Assembly (NCBI GenBank): GCA_023957245.1
Contig: JAMLHJ010000004.1
Span: forward strand, 78,970-142,969
DNA: 64,000 nucleotides
Source of the DNA: Chitinophagales bacterium
GTDB taxonomy: Bacteria > Bacteroidota > Bacteroidia > Chitinophagales > JADIYW01
Direction: 5' to 3'
The position numbers and the translations under genes were made by a program. Below the pieces are notes generated by a model. It did not search any database and was not told the origin of the DNA. It was given only the letters and a program-made list of their open reading frames with translations. Below, one piece after another: positions 38,750 to 49,070 of this stretch. Positions within the stretch are counted from its first letter, which is position 1. The number at the start of each line of letters is the position of its first letter.

Positions 38750-39961
38750 TTAATATTCGGTTGCCATTAATAAATTCAAGTCAGTGTGTTTAAGTTCAAA
38801 ATTATTGGCAATATAATCTTTTGATAAAGTCCCCTTATACATATAAACTCCATTTCTGAAATAGATATCTGAACGGATTTGTGGTTCAACTCCTCCTTCT
38901 TGACCTATTTTTCTAAATATAGGAGTCAAGATATTACTCATAGCATAAGATGCGGTTCTTGATACTGCTGAAGAAATGTTGGGTACACAATAATGGATAA
39001 TTCCATGCTTGATAAAAATAGGTTGATTGTGATTGGTTACTCTAGATGTTTCAAAACAACCACCTTGATCGATACAAGTGTCAATGATGACGGTGTTTTT
39101 CTTCATCTGCATGACCATTGATTCTGTAACAATTTTTGTTGCCTGACCACTAGAGTGATGTAGTGCGCCTATAGCTACATCTGCACGACTAAGATTTTTT
39201 TTAAGATTGAGAGGATCTAAAACAGATGTGTAAATATTGTTGCCCAAAAGATTTTTTGCCTGATTTAATAAATGGATATTATCATCAAATAATTGTACTT
39301 GCGCTCCTAATCCTATCGCAGATTTTGCAGCAGCAAGTCCTACATATCCTGCTCCTAGAATCAATACTTTGCATGGTGGTTGCCCTGCAATACCTCCAAG
39401 TAAAACTCCCTTACCATATTCGTTGCTAAGATATTTTCCTGCTAAGATGATAGAATAATTACCTGCAATGTCTCCAATCGAATCCAAATAAGGATAGTAG
39501 TCTTCAGTGCTTTTGATATATTCATAAGCAATTGCTGTAATTTTTAACTGCATCATGCTTTTTAATAGCATCTTATCCAAAGCTGGCAAAAGAATAGGCG
39601 AAAAGATAGTCTGCCCACTCTGAAAGTATTGAAGGTCTAAAGATGCAATGGGCGAGGATTTTAATATAATATTGGCTTGATATACTTCTTTGCTTGAATT
39701 TACAATTTGTGCTCCTGCTTGAATATAATCTTCATCTTCAAAATTAGACAATTCACCAGCACCTGCTTCAATTATGATACGGTGACCATGATTGGTCAGT
39801 GACGCAACTGAATTGGGAGTAAGTGGAATCCTTTTTTCTTGTAAATAAGTTTCTTTAGGAATTCCAATATATAGAGGTTTTTTAATAGGAAATATTTCTG
39901 CAAATGCCTCCTGAGGAGTAAGGGAATATTCTTTTTTAGTTTTCTCTAAAGTAGTTTCCAT
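38750..39961 (-). CDS. ald: alanine dehydrogenase family protein
   Basis: 403 aa with AlaDH/PNT N- and C-terminal domains and the NAD-binding VLILGAGYVGLAAA motif. Confidence 0.8.
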   Translation of the reverse strand: METTLEKTKKEYSLTPQEAFAEIFPIKKPLYIGIPKETYLQEKRIPLTPNSVASLTNHGHRIIIEAGAGELSNFEDEDYIQAGAQIVNSSKEVYQANIILKSSPIASLDLQYFQSGQTIFSPILLPALDKMLLKSMMQLKITAIAYEYIKSTEDYYPYLDSIGDIAGNYSIILAGKYLSNEYGKGVLLGGIAGQPPCKVLILGAGYVGLAAAKSAIGLGAQVQLFDDNIHLLNQAKNLLGNNIYTSVLDPLNLKKNLSRADVAIGALHHSSGQATKIVTESMVMQMKKNTVIIDTCIDQGGCFETSRVTNHNQPIFIKHGIIHYCVPNISSAVSRTASYAMSNILTPIFRKIGQEGGVEPQIRSDIYFRNGVYMYKGTLSKDYIANNFELKHTDLNLLMATEY

Positions 39962-39967
39962 ATAGGG

Positions 39968-40384
39968 TTAGTTCGTGTGAATTTCTAGTATTCTATTGTC
40001 AGCATGTGATGAAATATGAATATTTACAGCCTCATTCGGAATGAGATTTGAAATCTTTTCAGGCCATTCTATAAAAGTATATTCTCCGCTGTAAATCATT
40101 TCTTCAATTCCTGCATTGTACGCTTCTTCTTCATTATCAATACGATAAGCATCAATATGATAGATTTTTCCTTGAGGGTAAATGTATTGGTTGGCAATAG
40201 TATATGTCGGACTAGATACCAAATCTTGAGAGCCTAGTATTGAAACAATTTCTTTGATAAGTGTTGTCTTTCCAGCACCCAAATCTCCTGTAAAAGTCCA
40301 TACTTTGTTATTCCCCATAATAGAGAGTATATCAGAAGCTACGGTGTTCAATTCTATTAATTGGTATTGATATTTCTTTTGCAT
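39968..40384 (-). CDS. tsaE: tRNA t6A37 biosynthesis ATPase TsaE
   Basis: 138 aa with the P-loop GDLGAGKTT and the HIDAYR motif. Confidence 0.9.
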   Translation of the reverse strand: MQKKYQYQLIELNTVASDILSIMGNNKVWTFTGDLGAGKTTLIKEIVSILGSQDLVSSPTYTIANQYIYPQGKIYHIDAYRIDNEEEAYNAGIEEMIYSGEYTFIEWPEKISNLIPNEAVNIHISSHADNRILEIHTN

Positions 40385-40403
40385 CAGCGCACAAATATAC
40401 AGA

Positions 40404-41249
40404 CTATTTCACATTGAAGTATGAGTAGTATGGAGAGGATTCCTTTAGAATATTTGCCAATGATTTGACTGGAATCTTTATAGAAGTAGCTCCAAATGCA
40501 TAAGGAGCAATTTCATAATTATTGTAATAAAATTCAATAGTGTCTTTTGTGAAATTGATATTTTGATTGGTATAAAAATCACCATTCTCTTTAAACGAAT
40601 CTTCAAACATATAGCTCATCCAAAGACTATCTTCTAAGAGTGTTATTTTCTGATTTTCTAATGTTTTAAATCTGATAGAATTAAGTTGGCTCATCTTAGT
40701 GCTGTCAATGATATCATACATTTTTATTGCGTGTCCGTTATTCAAATCGAAAGATTTATAAATAGTATATGAATTGGGATGCGCACCACCCTTGTAAGAC
40801 GATTCGCTGAATGACAAGGTAAGGATAGTTCCTACTTTCCCTGCAATCGCAATATTTTTATCTACTAACCATGTTGAACTTCTTGGAAACTCTGCATAAG
40901 CTTCATCATATTCATGGAACATCTTATTGGCTTGTTCTTGAATGTTGGGAAATTCTTTTACAGGTGTTTCAGAATCCAAAATAAAGCCAGCAATAGCAGC
41001 ATTGATATTTTCTAAAGCTTCTTTGGGTAATGATTCTGTTATTTCAGGATATTGCAATTTAAAATGAGATTGTAAAACAGGGTCTTTTTGATATCTATCA
41101 TCAGCAATGTCAAAATTTTTAATCTTTGATTGGATATTATTTGCAGCTATTTGTTGTTTTGAAAGCTTATCATTATTGCATGATAAAAATAGCGTTAACA
41201 TCATTGCAACTATAATTATTCTTGAGGTGTGCAGTTTCATAAATGACAT
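40404..41249 (-). CDS. DUF3298/DUF4163-type lipoprotein (RsiV/PdaC-N-like)
   Basis: 281 aa with lipobox LFLSC and the characteristic YKGGAHPNSY motif. Confidence 0.7.
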   Translation of the reverse strand: MSFMKLHTSRIIIVAMMLTLFLSCNNDKLSKQQIAANNIQSKIKNFDIADDRYQKDPVLQSHFKLQYPEITESLPKEALENINAAIAGFILDSETPVKEFPNIQEQANKMFHEYDEAYAEFPRSSTWLVDKNIAIAGKVGTILTLSFSESSYKGGAHPNSYTIYKSFDLNNGHAIKMYDIIDSTKMSQLNSIRFKTLENQKITLLEDSLWMSYMFEDSFKENGDFYTNQNINFTKDTIEFYYNNYEIAPYAFGATSIKIPVKSLANILKESSPYYSYFNVK

Positions 41250-41327
41250 TTCTCTGCATTATAAACATAAAAATTGAAGAATTAGTTTCGTGTTAAGCTA
41301 AATTAACAGATTTGAAAATTCATATAA

Positions 41328-41864
41328 TTAGATAGGATTAGATTTGCTTTTCTGTGCTTTTCTCATTTTGCGTTCTATGTCTTTTTGTTCTAATTCTGTT
41401 CCGATATATGGTACTCTTGTTCCCATGACATAATCCCAAAGTGGAAAAGTAACACACCAGTTCTTTTCTTGGTCTCTTGCCATGTGATGATCATAATGCC
41501 AAGGTAGATATTTGTATCCCCATTCTGGATCTTCATGAGATTTTCTATGTACTCTGTAATAATTTGCCATAGAAGTCCAAAGTCCTAAAGTAAATCCCGG
41601 AAGTATTGGAAATAAAGGCGAAACAGTTACTGCACTTACTGCCAAAGAAAAGGCTTCTTGGCTATGTGGATTCCATAATTCCCATAATGTCTTTTGATAA
41701 TCTGGATCTTGAAATTCCTTTTCATAAACAGTTTTATGATGGATAGCATAATGAAACCTGAAAAAACTTTCTTTCCTTTGTGCATCTTCATGCAAAAGAT
41801 GTTTATGAATATACCATTCAGCAGCATTGGCTGTAATCAGACCTGTAACAAAACCTAAAACCAT
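41328..41864 (-). CDS. fatty-acid hydroxylase / sterol desaturase superfamily membrane protein
   Basis: 178 aa with histidine boxes HKHLLH, HYAIHHK, HRKSHED and HYDHHM. Confidence 0.6.
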   Translation of the reverse strand: MVLGFVTGLITANAAEWYIHKHLLHEDAQRKESFFRFHYAIHHKTVYEKEFQDPDYQKTLWELWNPHSQEAFSLAVSAVTVSPLFPILPGFTLGLWTSMANYYRVHRKSHEDPEWGYKYLPWHYDHHMARDQEKNWCVTFPLWDYVMGTRVPYIGTELEQKDIERKMRKAQKSKSNPI

Positions 41865-41958
41865 GATTGAAAAAATCTTATTGACAATTTAAGCAACTAA
41901 TTTTATTTTTTAATGTTCTATATCAATGATTTTCACTTTTTATTTTTATATAGTTTAG

Positions 41959-43131
41959 ATGGAACAAAATACTTCTAATCAGAAGATTGTTATTGAGTGT
42001 ACTAGTCTGATTTCAGAATTGAATATAGAAGTGTGGAATCGTATAGTAGGTCAAAGATTTTATGCTCATAGCTCTCATTTGAAGATAATTGAAGAATTGA
42101 ATCAAGCAGAAATGAAATTTTTCTACTTATTAATTCAATTAGAAGGAGAATATTGTGCTGCAATTTATTTTCAGCAGATTCCATTTAAAGTCAAAAATGG
42201 TCTGAACAATTTTAAGGAAAAGAATAAAAATCAATGGAGTTGGGTGACTCCCTTTTTAAGTATTGCTAATAATATTAAACTCCCCTTACTGAAAAGTGGT
42301 AATATCTTTTTTACAGAGGATAATGGTGTTTATTTTATTGATACAATTTCTGAAGAAAAAAGAATTTCTGTGTTGGAACAAGTATCAGATTATATCTATT
42401 CTCAATGTAAAAATGCTCATTCTATTTCATTAATGTGGAGCAATCTGATTGAGAATCATGGGAAGATATTGCATGAGGATAAAGGATTTCAATCTCTTGG
42501 TACAGAACCCAATATGATTTTTGAATTGCAACCTGAATGGCAAATATTTGAAGAATATTTATCTGATTTTTCTTCAAAATACCGCCAAAGAGCGAAAAGA
42601 GTATTTGTTCAGAGTCAAGATTTGGTGATAAAAGAATTGAAACTTGAGGAAGTAGATGCTGTCGAACATCAATTGGTGAATTTGTATAGAAATGTTGCTC
42701 AACATGCTTCTTTTAATTTGGCTTTTATTTCCAAGGGATATTTTTTCCGTATGAAACAACTGTATGGAAATGATTTTGTAGTGAAAGTGTATTTATTAGA
42801 TTATCAAATAGTGGGATTTACATCTTCAATTTATCATAATAAACAGCATTATGTCCATTTTATTGGGTTGGATTATAAAGTCAATATTCAAGTGCCAGTT
42901 TATCATAGAATGTTGTTTGAATATGTACGAGAAAGTATTAATTTAAGACATACAAAAATCTATTTAGGAAGGACTGCTACTGAAATAAAAACGACAATAG
43001 GCGCCGTTCCGATTGAGATGAAGAACTATTTAAAGATTTCTAAAGTATGGTATTTATCATGGTTACCTGCTATGTTGGGTTCGTTTGGTGCCAAGCCATA
43101 TATTGTGAGACGACCATTTAAATCTACATAG
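41959..43131 (+). CDS. hypothetical protein, possibly FemAB-like/GNAT-fold acyltransferase
   Basis: 390 aa. The C-terminal half (SKYRQRAKR ... GFTSSIYHNKQHYVHFIGLDY) resembles BioF2/FemAB-like acetyltransferase families. Assigned from memory only. Confidence 0.4.
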   Translation: MEQNTSNQKIVIECTSLISELNIEVWNRIVGQRFYAHSSHLKIIEELNQAEMKFFYLLIQLEGEYCAAIYFQQIPFKVKNGLNNFKEKNKNQWSWVTPFLSIANNIKLPLLKSGNIFFTEDNGVYFIDTISEEKRISVLEQVSDYIYSQCKNAHSISLMWSNLIENHGKILHEDKGFQSLGTEPNMIFELQPEWQIFEEYLSDFSSKYRQRAKRVFVQSQDLVIKELKLEEVDAVEHQLVNLYRNVAQHASFNLAFISKGYFFRMKQLYGNDFVVKVYLLDYQIVGFTSSIYHNKQHYVHFIGLDYKVNIQVPVYHRMLFEYVRESINLRHTKIYLGRTATEIKTTIGAVPIEMKNYLKISKVWYLSWLPAMLGSFGAKPYIVRRPFKST

Positions 43132-43185
43132 TAAGATATTCTGATGGGTAATTAGAGTGAATATTTTTATCTTCATCGATTCTAT

Positions 43186-45624
43186 ATGTTGTATTGCGAA
43201 GTCATCTTGCCCTTGCCTGTAAAAGGTACATTTACTTATAGTATTCCTAAGGAATTAGAAGCTCTGGTTCAGATAGGGTGCCGTGTGGAGGTGCAGTTTG
43301 GGCGAAGAAAACTCTATACTGCTTTGGTGAAATCTATTCATCATGAAAAGCCAATAGCGTATCCTGCTAAAGAAATTATTGATGTTATTGATTTTTCTCC
43401 AATTGTTTATTCTACTCAATTAGATTTTTGGCAATGGATGTCTAGTTATTATTGTTGCTATGAAGGGGAAGTGATGTCAGTAGCTTTACCGACATATTTC
43501 AGGCAAGATAGTGAAACATTGTATGTAAAAAATCCTGATTGCGCATTGGATATTATCGAATTGCCTGATAATGAATATTTAGTGGCAAGTGCTCTGGAAC
43601 GTCAAGAAGCTATCACTTTAGCTGATATTCAAATAATTCTTCAGAAAAAGGGTGTTCAAAAAACAATTAAAAGTCTGATTGAGAAAAGAGTTTTGTTGTT
43701 ACAAGAGTATTTAGAAGAAAAATACAAACCTAAGTTATTGGCTTATGTTCGTCTTCATCCAGATTATTTTCATGATAAAACTGCTTTGCAATCACTTTTT
43801 AAAAATTTGGAAAGAAAGCCTAAGCAGACGGATTTGTTGTTGGCATACTTAAATATATCTTCTGATGGTGATTGGGTAGCAAGAAATGAACTTTTAAAAT
43901 CGGCGAATATTTCTGGTTCTGTTTTAAGAACGATGATTAGCCAAGAAATTTTCCTAATAGAAGATAGAGAGGTTTCTCGTGTGGAAGAAGAATGTATTAT
44001 ATCTCCCAATTCGACTTTAAATGAGCAACAAAATATTGCTTTTCAATCTATCAATAAATACTGGGAGGATATGAATGTCGTGTTACTCAGAGGAGTTACG
44101 GCATCTGGGAAAACTCATGTTTATGTTGAGTTAATTCGCAATTTTTTAGCAGAAGGGAAACAGATTTTATACTTAGTTCCAGAGATAACATTGACAACAC
44201 AACTAGTCAAAAGATTAGAAAAAATGTTGGGCAAAGTTGGGGTGTATCATTCTCGATTTAATCCTGCGGAAAGAGTTGAAACTTGGTTGAAAGTATTACA
44301 ACAAGAATATAATATCATTGTAGGCGCTCGGTCTTCAATATTTCTTCCATTTTCAAATTTAGGTTTGGTGATTATAGACGAAGAGCATGATGGTTCCTAT
44401 AAGCAGAGTGAGTCAGCACCTAGATATCAGGCAAGAGATAGCATAATTTGGTTGGCTCATCAGACTGGAGCTAAAATATTGTTAGGAAGTGCAACACCTT
44501 CATTGGAGTCTTGGGCAAATGCTAAGAGTGGAAAATTTGGCTTGGTGAATTTGGATAGTAGATTTGGAGAGATGAGCCTTCCTCAATTGAATTTTGTCAA
44601 TATGTCAAAAGCTCGTAAAGAAAAACGTGTGACGGGAATGTTGAGTGATGGATTACAAGCTCAAATGAATAAAGTGCTTTCTCAAAACAAACAGACTATA
44701 ATTTTCCAAAATCGAAGAGGGTATTCTCCTTATATTGCCTGTAAAGAATGTGCATGGACACCCTATTGTCAGCACTGTGATGTAGCATTGACTTATCATA
44801 AGTATTCTGAGCATCTAAAGTGTCATTATTGTGGCTATACGATGATGATGCCCAAAAGTTGCCCTTCTTGTCAATCAACACTTCTGGAACTGAAAGGTAC
44901 TGGAACTGAAAGGGTAGAAGATGATTTACAAGCAATATTCCCATCAGCACGAATATTGCGATTGGACTATGATACTGCCAAATCTAAACATGCTCATGAG
45001 AAAATTTTAGAGCAATTTGAACAAGGTGAAGCAGATATATTAGTAGGTACTCAGATGGTTACCAAAGGATTGGATTTTAAAAATGTCCAATTAGTTGGGG
45101 TATTAAATGCTGATTCATTATTGTATTATCCAGATTTTAGAGCAACAGAACGAGCATATCAATTATTATCTCAAGTGAGTGGCAGATCAGGACGGTCAGA
45201 TGAGCAGGGCAAAGTTGTGATACAGATTAGCGACCCTAATCATCCTATAGTCGAGCATGTCAGCAATATGGATATTGAAGCTTTTTATAAAAAGGAATTG
45301 GGTGAGCGTATGAGGTTCAACTATCCTCCATTTGTCAGATTGATACAGATTGCTGTAAAGGATAGCTCTGAAAGAGTAGCACAAGAAGCTGCAGAATTTA
45401 TTGCTATTCAACTAAGAAATCGTATCAAAGGTGAAGTGCTTGGACCTACAATTCCTTATTTATCGAGAATTCAAGGGAAATTTATAAGAGAGATTTTGAT
45501 TAAAATGGAAAGAAATGTTGATGTAATCTCAGCTACTAAATCTTCAATAGTAGAAGCTCGTCAATTGCTATTTCAATACGATAAGTTTAAAAAGACACGT
45601 ATTGCTATTGATGTAGATCCTTGA
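43186..45624 (+). CDS. priA: primosomal replication-restart helicase PriA
   Basis: 812 aa with Walker A GVTASGKT, DEEH box, Cys-rich zinc region (CKECAWTPYCQHCD...CHYCG...CPSC) and helicase C domain. Confidence 0.95.
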   Translation: MLYCEVILPLPVKGTFTYSIPKELEALVQIGCRVEVQFGRRKLYTALVKSIHHEKPIAYPAKEIIDVIDFSPIVYSTQLDFWQWMSSYYCCYEGEVMSVALPTYFRQDSETLYVKNPDCALDIIELPDNEYLVASALERQEAITLADIQIILQKKGVQKTIKSLIEKRVLLLQEYLEEKYKPKLLAYVRLHPDYFHDKTALQSLFKNLERKPKQTDLLLAYLNISSDGDWVARNELLKSANISGSVLRTMISQEIFLIEDREVSRVEEECIISPNSTLNEQQNIAFQSINKYWEDMNVVLLRGVTASGKTHVYVELIRNFLAEGKQILYLVPEITLTTQLVKRLEKMLGKVGVYHSRFNPAERVETWLKVLQQEYNIIVGARSSIFLPFSNLGLVIIDEEHDGSYKQSESAPRYQARDSIIWLAHQTGAKILLGSATPSLESWANAKSGKFGLVNLDSRFGEMSLPQLNFVNMSKARKEKRVTGMLSDGLQAQMNKVLSQNKQTIIFQNRRGYSPYIACKECAWTPYCQHCDVALTYHKYSEHLKCHYCGYTMMMPKSCPSCQSTLLELKGTGTERVEDDLQAIFPSARILRLDYDTAKSKHAHEKILEQFEQGEADILVGTQMVTKGLDFKNVQLVGVLNADSLLYYPDFRATERAYQLLSQVSGRSGRSDEQGKVVIQISDPNHPIVEHVSNMDIEAFYKKELGERMRFNYPPFVRLIQIAVKDSSERVAQEAAEFIAIQLRNRIKGEVLGPTIPYLSRIQGKFIREILIKMERNVDVISATKSSIVEARQLLFQYDKFKKTRIAIDVDP

Positions 45625-45653
45625 TAATGTATTTTTTAGTGAGATGTAATTCA

Positions 45654-46019
45654 AGTCGAGAGCCAAGAATCAAGAATCAAGAGCCAAGACAATGAAGTTA
45701 CGAAGTACGAGTTACGAATGAAAATGCTGTTGAAACTAACCACAAAGAATGTTAAGTTTTACGCTAAGAACACTAAGTTCAATGAAGTAAAGTGGAGGTT
45801 TGAAGATTTGAAGATGCTGGTGGTTGAGCCCTGTCGAAACCAACCGCAAGAATGATAAAATTTAACCGCAAAGCACGCTAAGTTTTACGCTAAGAATAAG
45901 GTAACGAGTAGATGTAGATTACTTCGTTCCTCGCAAGGATTCTTCTAGCTCATCATACTGAGTTTGTTTCAGCATTAAAAGAACAATAATAATTGACCCT
46001 GAATCGAGTTCATGGTGAC
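45654..46019 (+). repeat. left copy of a long non-coding direct repeat (one 127-bp unit)
   Basis: Collinear by eye with 49071-49557, with only about a dozen point differences. No ORF of 60 aa or more. G+C is higher than in the flanks. Confidence 0.85.
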
Positions 46020-46388
46020 TACCACTGTTTTTTGTTTAATTTATTATCAAAATACTTTCACTTTAATTATACTTGTATTCATAACATATTGATTATTTGC
46101 AAATAAATTTCATTTGAATTGCCTTTATTCATTTTTCTTTAGTATATTACAATTAGTATAATATGATGACTATTATTAGGATGCCGTATGAAAATGATAA
46201 TGCGATATTATACATTGCCTCTTGTTTGTTCAAACAATAATTTTGTTAAAGTTTGTAGTAAAATTTCTGTCTTAGAAGGTATATTTTCAAAAACTCTCCT
46301 GAAAATTCAAACTATAAAACCCTATAATATATTTTTAAAATAAAACAGGATATTTTTATCCGATTTATTCAAAAGTAAAAAAAGCGAT

Positions 46389-49058
46389 ATGAAACGATAT
46401 ATTTTTACACTAATACTTGCGATAGCTGGTGTTCAGACACTAGGAGCTCAAGGCGTAGCTATTAATACGAGTGGACTAGATCCAGATTCAAGTGCGGTGC
46501 TTGATTTGACATCACCCACTGTTGGAGGAGGGATATTAGTGCCACGATTGCTACTTGGTAATGTAGGTATTACCTTCAACGATGGACCAGCACCACATCT
46601 GATGGTTGCCAATCTCAATTCGACTTATGGAAGTGGCAGTAAATTCAATAGTGGCATAGGTTTTTATCGCAATGCTGGAACAAAGGTTTTACCTAAATGG
46701 GTGCGTCTATTAGAAGCCACAGATTCAAGTTCATTTTGGAGTATTTATGGCAATGCAGGTACCATCGACGGCACTCATTTCATAGGTACGACAGATAATG
46801 TACCACTTAATTTTAGAATTAATAACCAAAAAGCAGGAAGAATAGGAGTAACTGGAGATGGTAGTGTGTTTCTAGGTTATCAGGCAGGTAATAATGATGA
46901 TAAATCTAATAATTATAATGTAGCAATAGGTTATCAATCTTTATATAGTAACACAGTTGCAAATCATAACATAGCTACTGGTTATCAAGCTTTATACTCT
47001 AATATTTCAGGACCTAGTAATATAGCTATTGGATCTTATGCTTTATTTTCCAATATCTCAGGACGTCACAATATTGCAAATGGATTTCAAGCTTTATACT
47101 TTAATACTATAGGAATTGGTAATATTGCTAATGGAACTGGTGCTTTATTTGAGAATGATTCGGGTTCTTACAATATTGCAAATGGTTATTTTGCTTTAGC
47201 TGGGAATATTAGTGGGTCTAATAATATTGCAATAGGTAATCGTGCATTAACAAATTGCAAAGTCCAGTCTGGCCTTATTGCTATTGGTGATAGCACCTTG
47301 TATAGTACTTATAGTGGTGGTCTATATAGTATTGCTATTGGTAGTAAAGCATTGTTTTCTAATACAACAGGAACATCAAATTATGCTATTGGCTATCAAG
47401 CTTTATATTCTAATACAAGAGGCTTCCGCAATATAGCTATTGGTTATCGGGCTTTGTATTCTGATATTGATGGAAGTTCGTCTCTTGCTATTGGTGATAG
47501 GGCTTTAAGTGCTAACCTAAATGGAATGTATAATATGGCTATAGGAAGTAGGGCATTAACATTGAATACAAATGGTGGTTATAACAATGCTATTGGTTAT
47601 CAAACTTTATTTTCAAACATTTCGGGCGCTGATAATTATGCTAGCGGTTTTTCTGCTTTGCATTCTAATAGAACAGGCTCCTATAACCTAGCAATTGGAA
47701 ATTTTGCATTGTACTCAAATGATATAGCAATTAATAATCTTGCTATTGGTTTTAATGCTTTATATTCAAGCAATTCAGTAGCTAACTTTGCTATTGGTAA
47801 TTATTCTTTATATCAAAATAGAACAGGCAGTAGAAATATGGCTATTGGCTATCAATCTTTAAATATGCACAAAGCGGGAGATGCCAATGTGGCAATTGGT
47901 TACCAAGCTTTAAGTAAAGACACTATAAGTAATAATAATATGGCAATTGGTTATCAAGCCTTATATAGTCATAAAGTGGGAGATAATAATATGGCAATTG
48001 GTTTTCAAGCTTTATATAATGATACATTAGGAATTCAAAATAATGCAATCGGATATCAAGCTCTTTACAATAATACTACAGGATATTTTAATACAGCTAC
48101 AAGCTATCAATCTTTATATTCCAATACATCAGGAATTTCCAATACGGCAACAGGCTATCAATCTTTATATCGCAATACCACTGGAAATTATAATACGGCA
48201 AATGGAAATTACTCATTGTATTTCAATACCACAGGAAATTATAATACGGCAAATGGAATATATTCTTTATATAGAAATTCTACAGGAAGTTTCAATACAG
48301 CAAGTGGAACGAATTCTTTGTATTCCAATATCTCAGGAAATCATAATACGGCAACTGGAATAAATTCTTTATATTCCAATATCTCTGGACTTCAAAATAC
48401 GGCAACTGGAAATTACTCTTTATATTCCAATACCGTAGGAGATTTAAATACGGCAACTGGCTTTTATTCTTTATATTCCAATACCACAGGAAGATACAAT
48501 ACAGCTTATGGCACTTTTGCCCTTTCTGCCTTAACAAGTGGAAACAATAATATCGGCATCGGTTATAATGCACAAGTACCTAATGCTAATGGCGATAATC
48601 AAATAAGAATGGGTGATTTTAATATTACTTATGCTGGTATTCAAGTAGCATGGACAGTAACGAGCGATCGTCGCTGGAAAGAAAATATTATTTCCACCCC
48701 TTTGGGTTTAGCTTTTGTCAATTCATTGAAACCTGTTGCTTATACTCGAAAAAATGATGAAAGCCATCATATAGAATATGGATTTATTGCTCAAGAAGTG
48801 GAAGAAGCACTCCTGAAAGCAGGTGTTGATCCGGCGGGTATCATTACAAAGGATGATGATGGAATGTATAGTTTGAGATATAATGACCTTTTAGCACCGA
48901 TGGTAAAAGCTATCCAAGAACTCAGCAAAGAGAATGAACAATTGAAAGCGGATAATGAAAGTCTGAAAGCTGAAATAGAGATACAAAAAGTAGATACCGA
49001 AACACGTCTTTCTAAGCTGGAAGACTTGTTAAAGGCAGGGCTGTATGTAGAGAAGTAA
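46389..49058 (+). CDS. secreted repeat fibre / adhesin-like protein with C-terminal S74-type intramolecular chaperone (tail-fibre-like) domain
   Basis: 889 aa with signal peptide (LGAQG). It has about 33 copies of the 17-aa repeat N-x-A-[IT]-G-x-x-[AS]-L-[YF]-x-N-[TI]-x-G-x-x. The C-terminus (SDRRWKENI...YGFIAQEVEEAL...YSLRYNDLLAPMVKAIQEL plus a coiled coil) matches the endosialidase-chaperone/Peptidase_S74 pattern. Confidence 0.8.
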   Translation: MKRYIFTLILAIAGVQTLGAQGVAINTSGLDPDSSAVLDLTSPTVGGGILVPRLLLGNVGITFNDGPAPHLMVANLNSTYGSGSKFNSGIGFYRNAGTKVLPKWVRLLEATDSSSFWSIYGNAGTIDGTHFIGTTDNVPLNFRINNQKAGRIGVTGDGSVFLGYQAGNNDDKSNNYNVAIGYQSLYSNTVANHNIATGYQALYSNISGPSNIAIGSYALFSNISGRHNIANGFQALYFNTIGIGNIANGTGALFENDSGSYNIANGYFALAGNISGSNNIAIGNRALTNCKVQSGLIAIGDSTLYSTYSGGLYSIAIGSKALFSNTTGTSNYAIGYQALYSNTRGFRNIAIGYRALYSDIDGSSSLAIGDRALSANLNGMYNMAIGSRALTLNTNGGYNNAIGYQTLFSNISGADNYASGFSALHSNRTGSYNLAIGNFALYSNDIAINNLAIGFNALYSSNSVANFAIGNYSLYQNRTGSRNMAIGYQSLNMHKAGDANVAIGYQALSKDTISNNNMAIGYQALYSHKVGDNNMAIGFQALYNDTLGIQNNAIGYQALYNNTTGYFNTATSYQSLYSNTSGISNTATGYQSLYRNTTGNYNTANGNYSLYFNTTGNYNTANGIYSLYRNSTGSFNTASGTNSLYSNISGNHNTATGINSLYSNISGLQNTATGNYSLYSNTVGDLNTATGFYSLYSNTTGRYNTAYGTFALSALTSGNNNIGIGYNAQVPNANGDNQIRMGDFNITYAGIQVAWTVTSDRRWKENIISTPLGLAFVNSLKPVAYTRKNDESHHIEYGFIAQEVEEALLKAGVDPAGIITKDDDGMYSLRYNDLLAPMVKAIQELSKENEQLKADNESLKAEIEIQKVDTETRLSKLEDLLKAGLYVEK
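46911..48575 (+). repeat. 51-bp (17-codon) periodic array inside the fibre gene
   Basis: There are about 33 consecutive units. The last ~9 (48080-48500) are nearly identical at the DNA level, which generates spurious out-of-frame ORFs on both strands. Confidence 0.8.
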
Positions 49059-49070
49059 TGATTTGGGTAG

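Noticed and set aside
46093-46106. 14-bp perfect palindrome TTATTTGCAAATAA upstream of the fibre gene.
   Set aside because: AT-rich palindromes of this size are expected by chance in ~25% G+C spacer DNA, and no second copy was seen.
48043-48573. 106-aa (+) and 93-aa (-) ORFs within the fibre gene.
   Set aside because: They are out-of-frame or antisense readings of the near-identical 51-bp repeats. Their own 'repeats' (…IIIRQ…, …RYWNIKN…) are a direct consequence of that.
46389-49058. A prophage tail-fibre gene, implying a prophage.
   Set aside because: No other phage genes (capsid, terminase, integrase, baseplate) lie within the flanking 10 kb. The protein has a Sec signal peptide and belongs to a type common as stand-alone cell-surface proteins in Bacteroidota.
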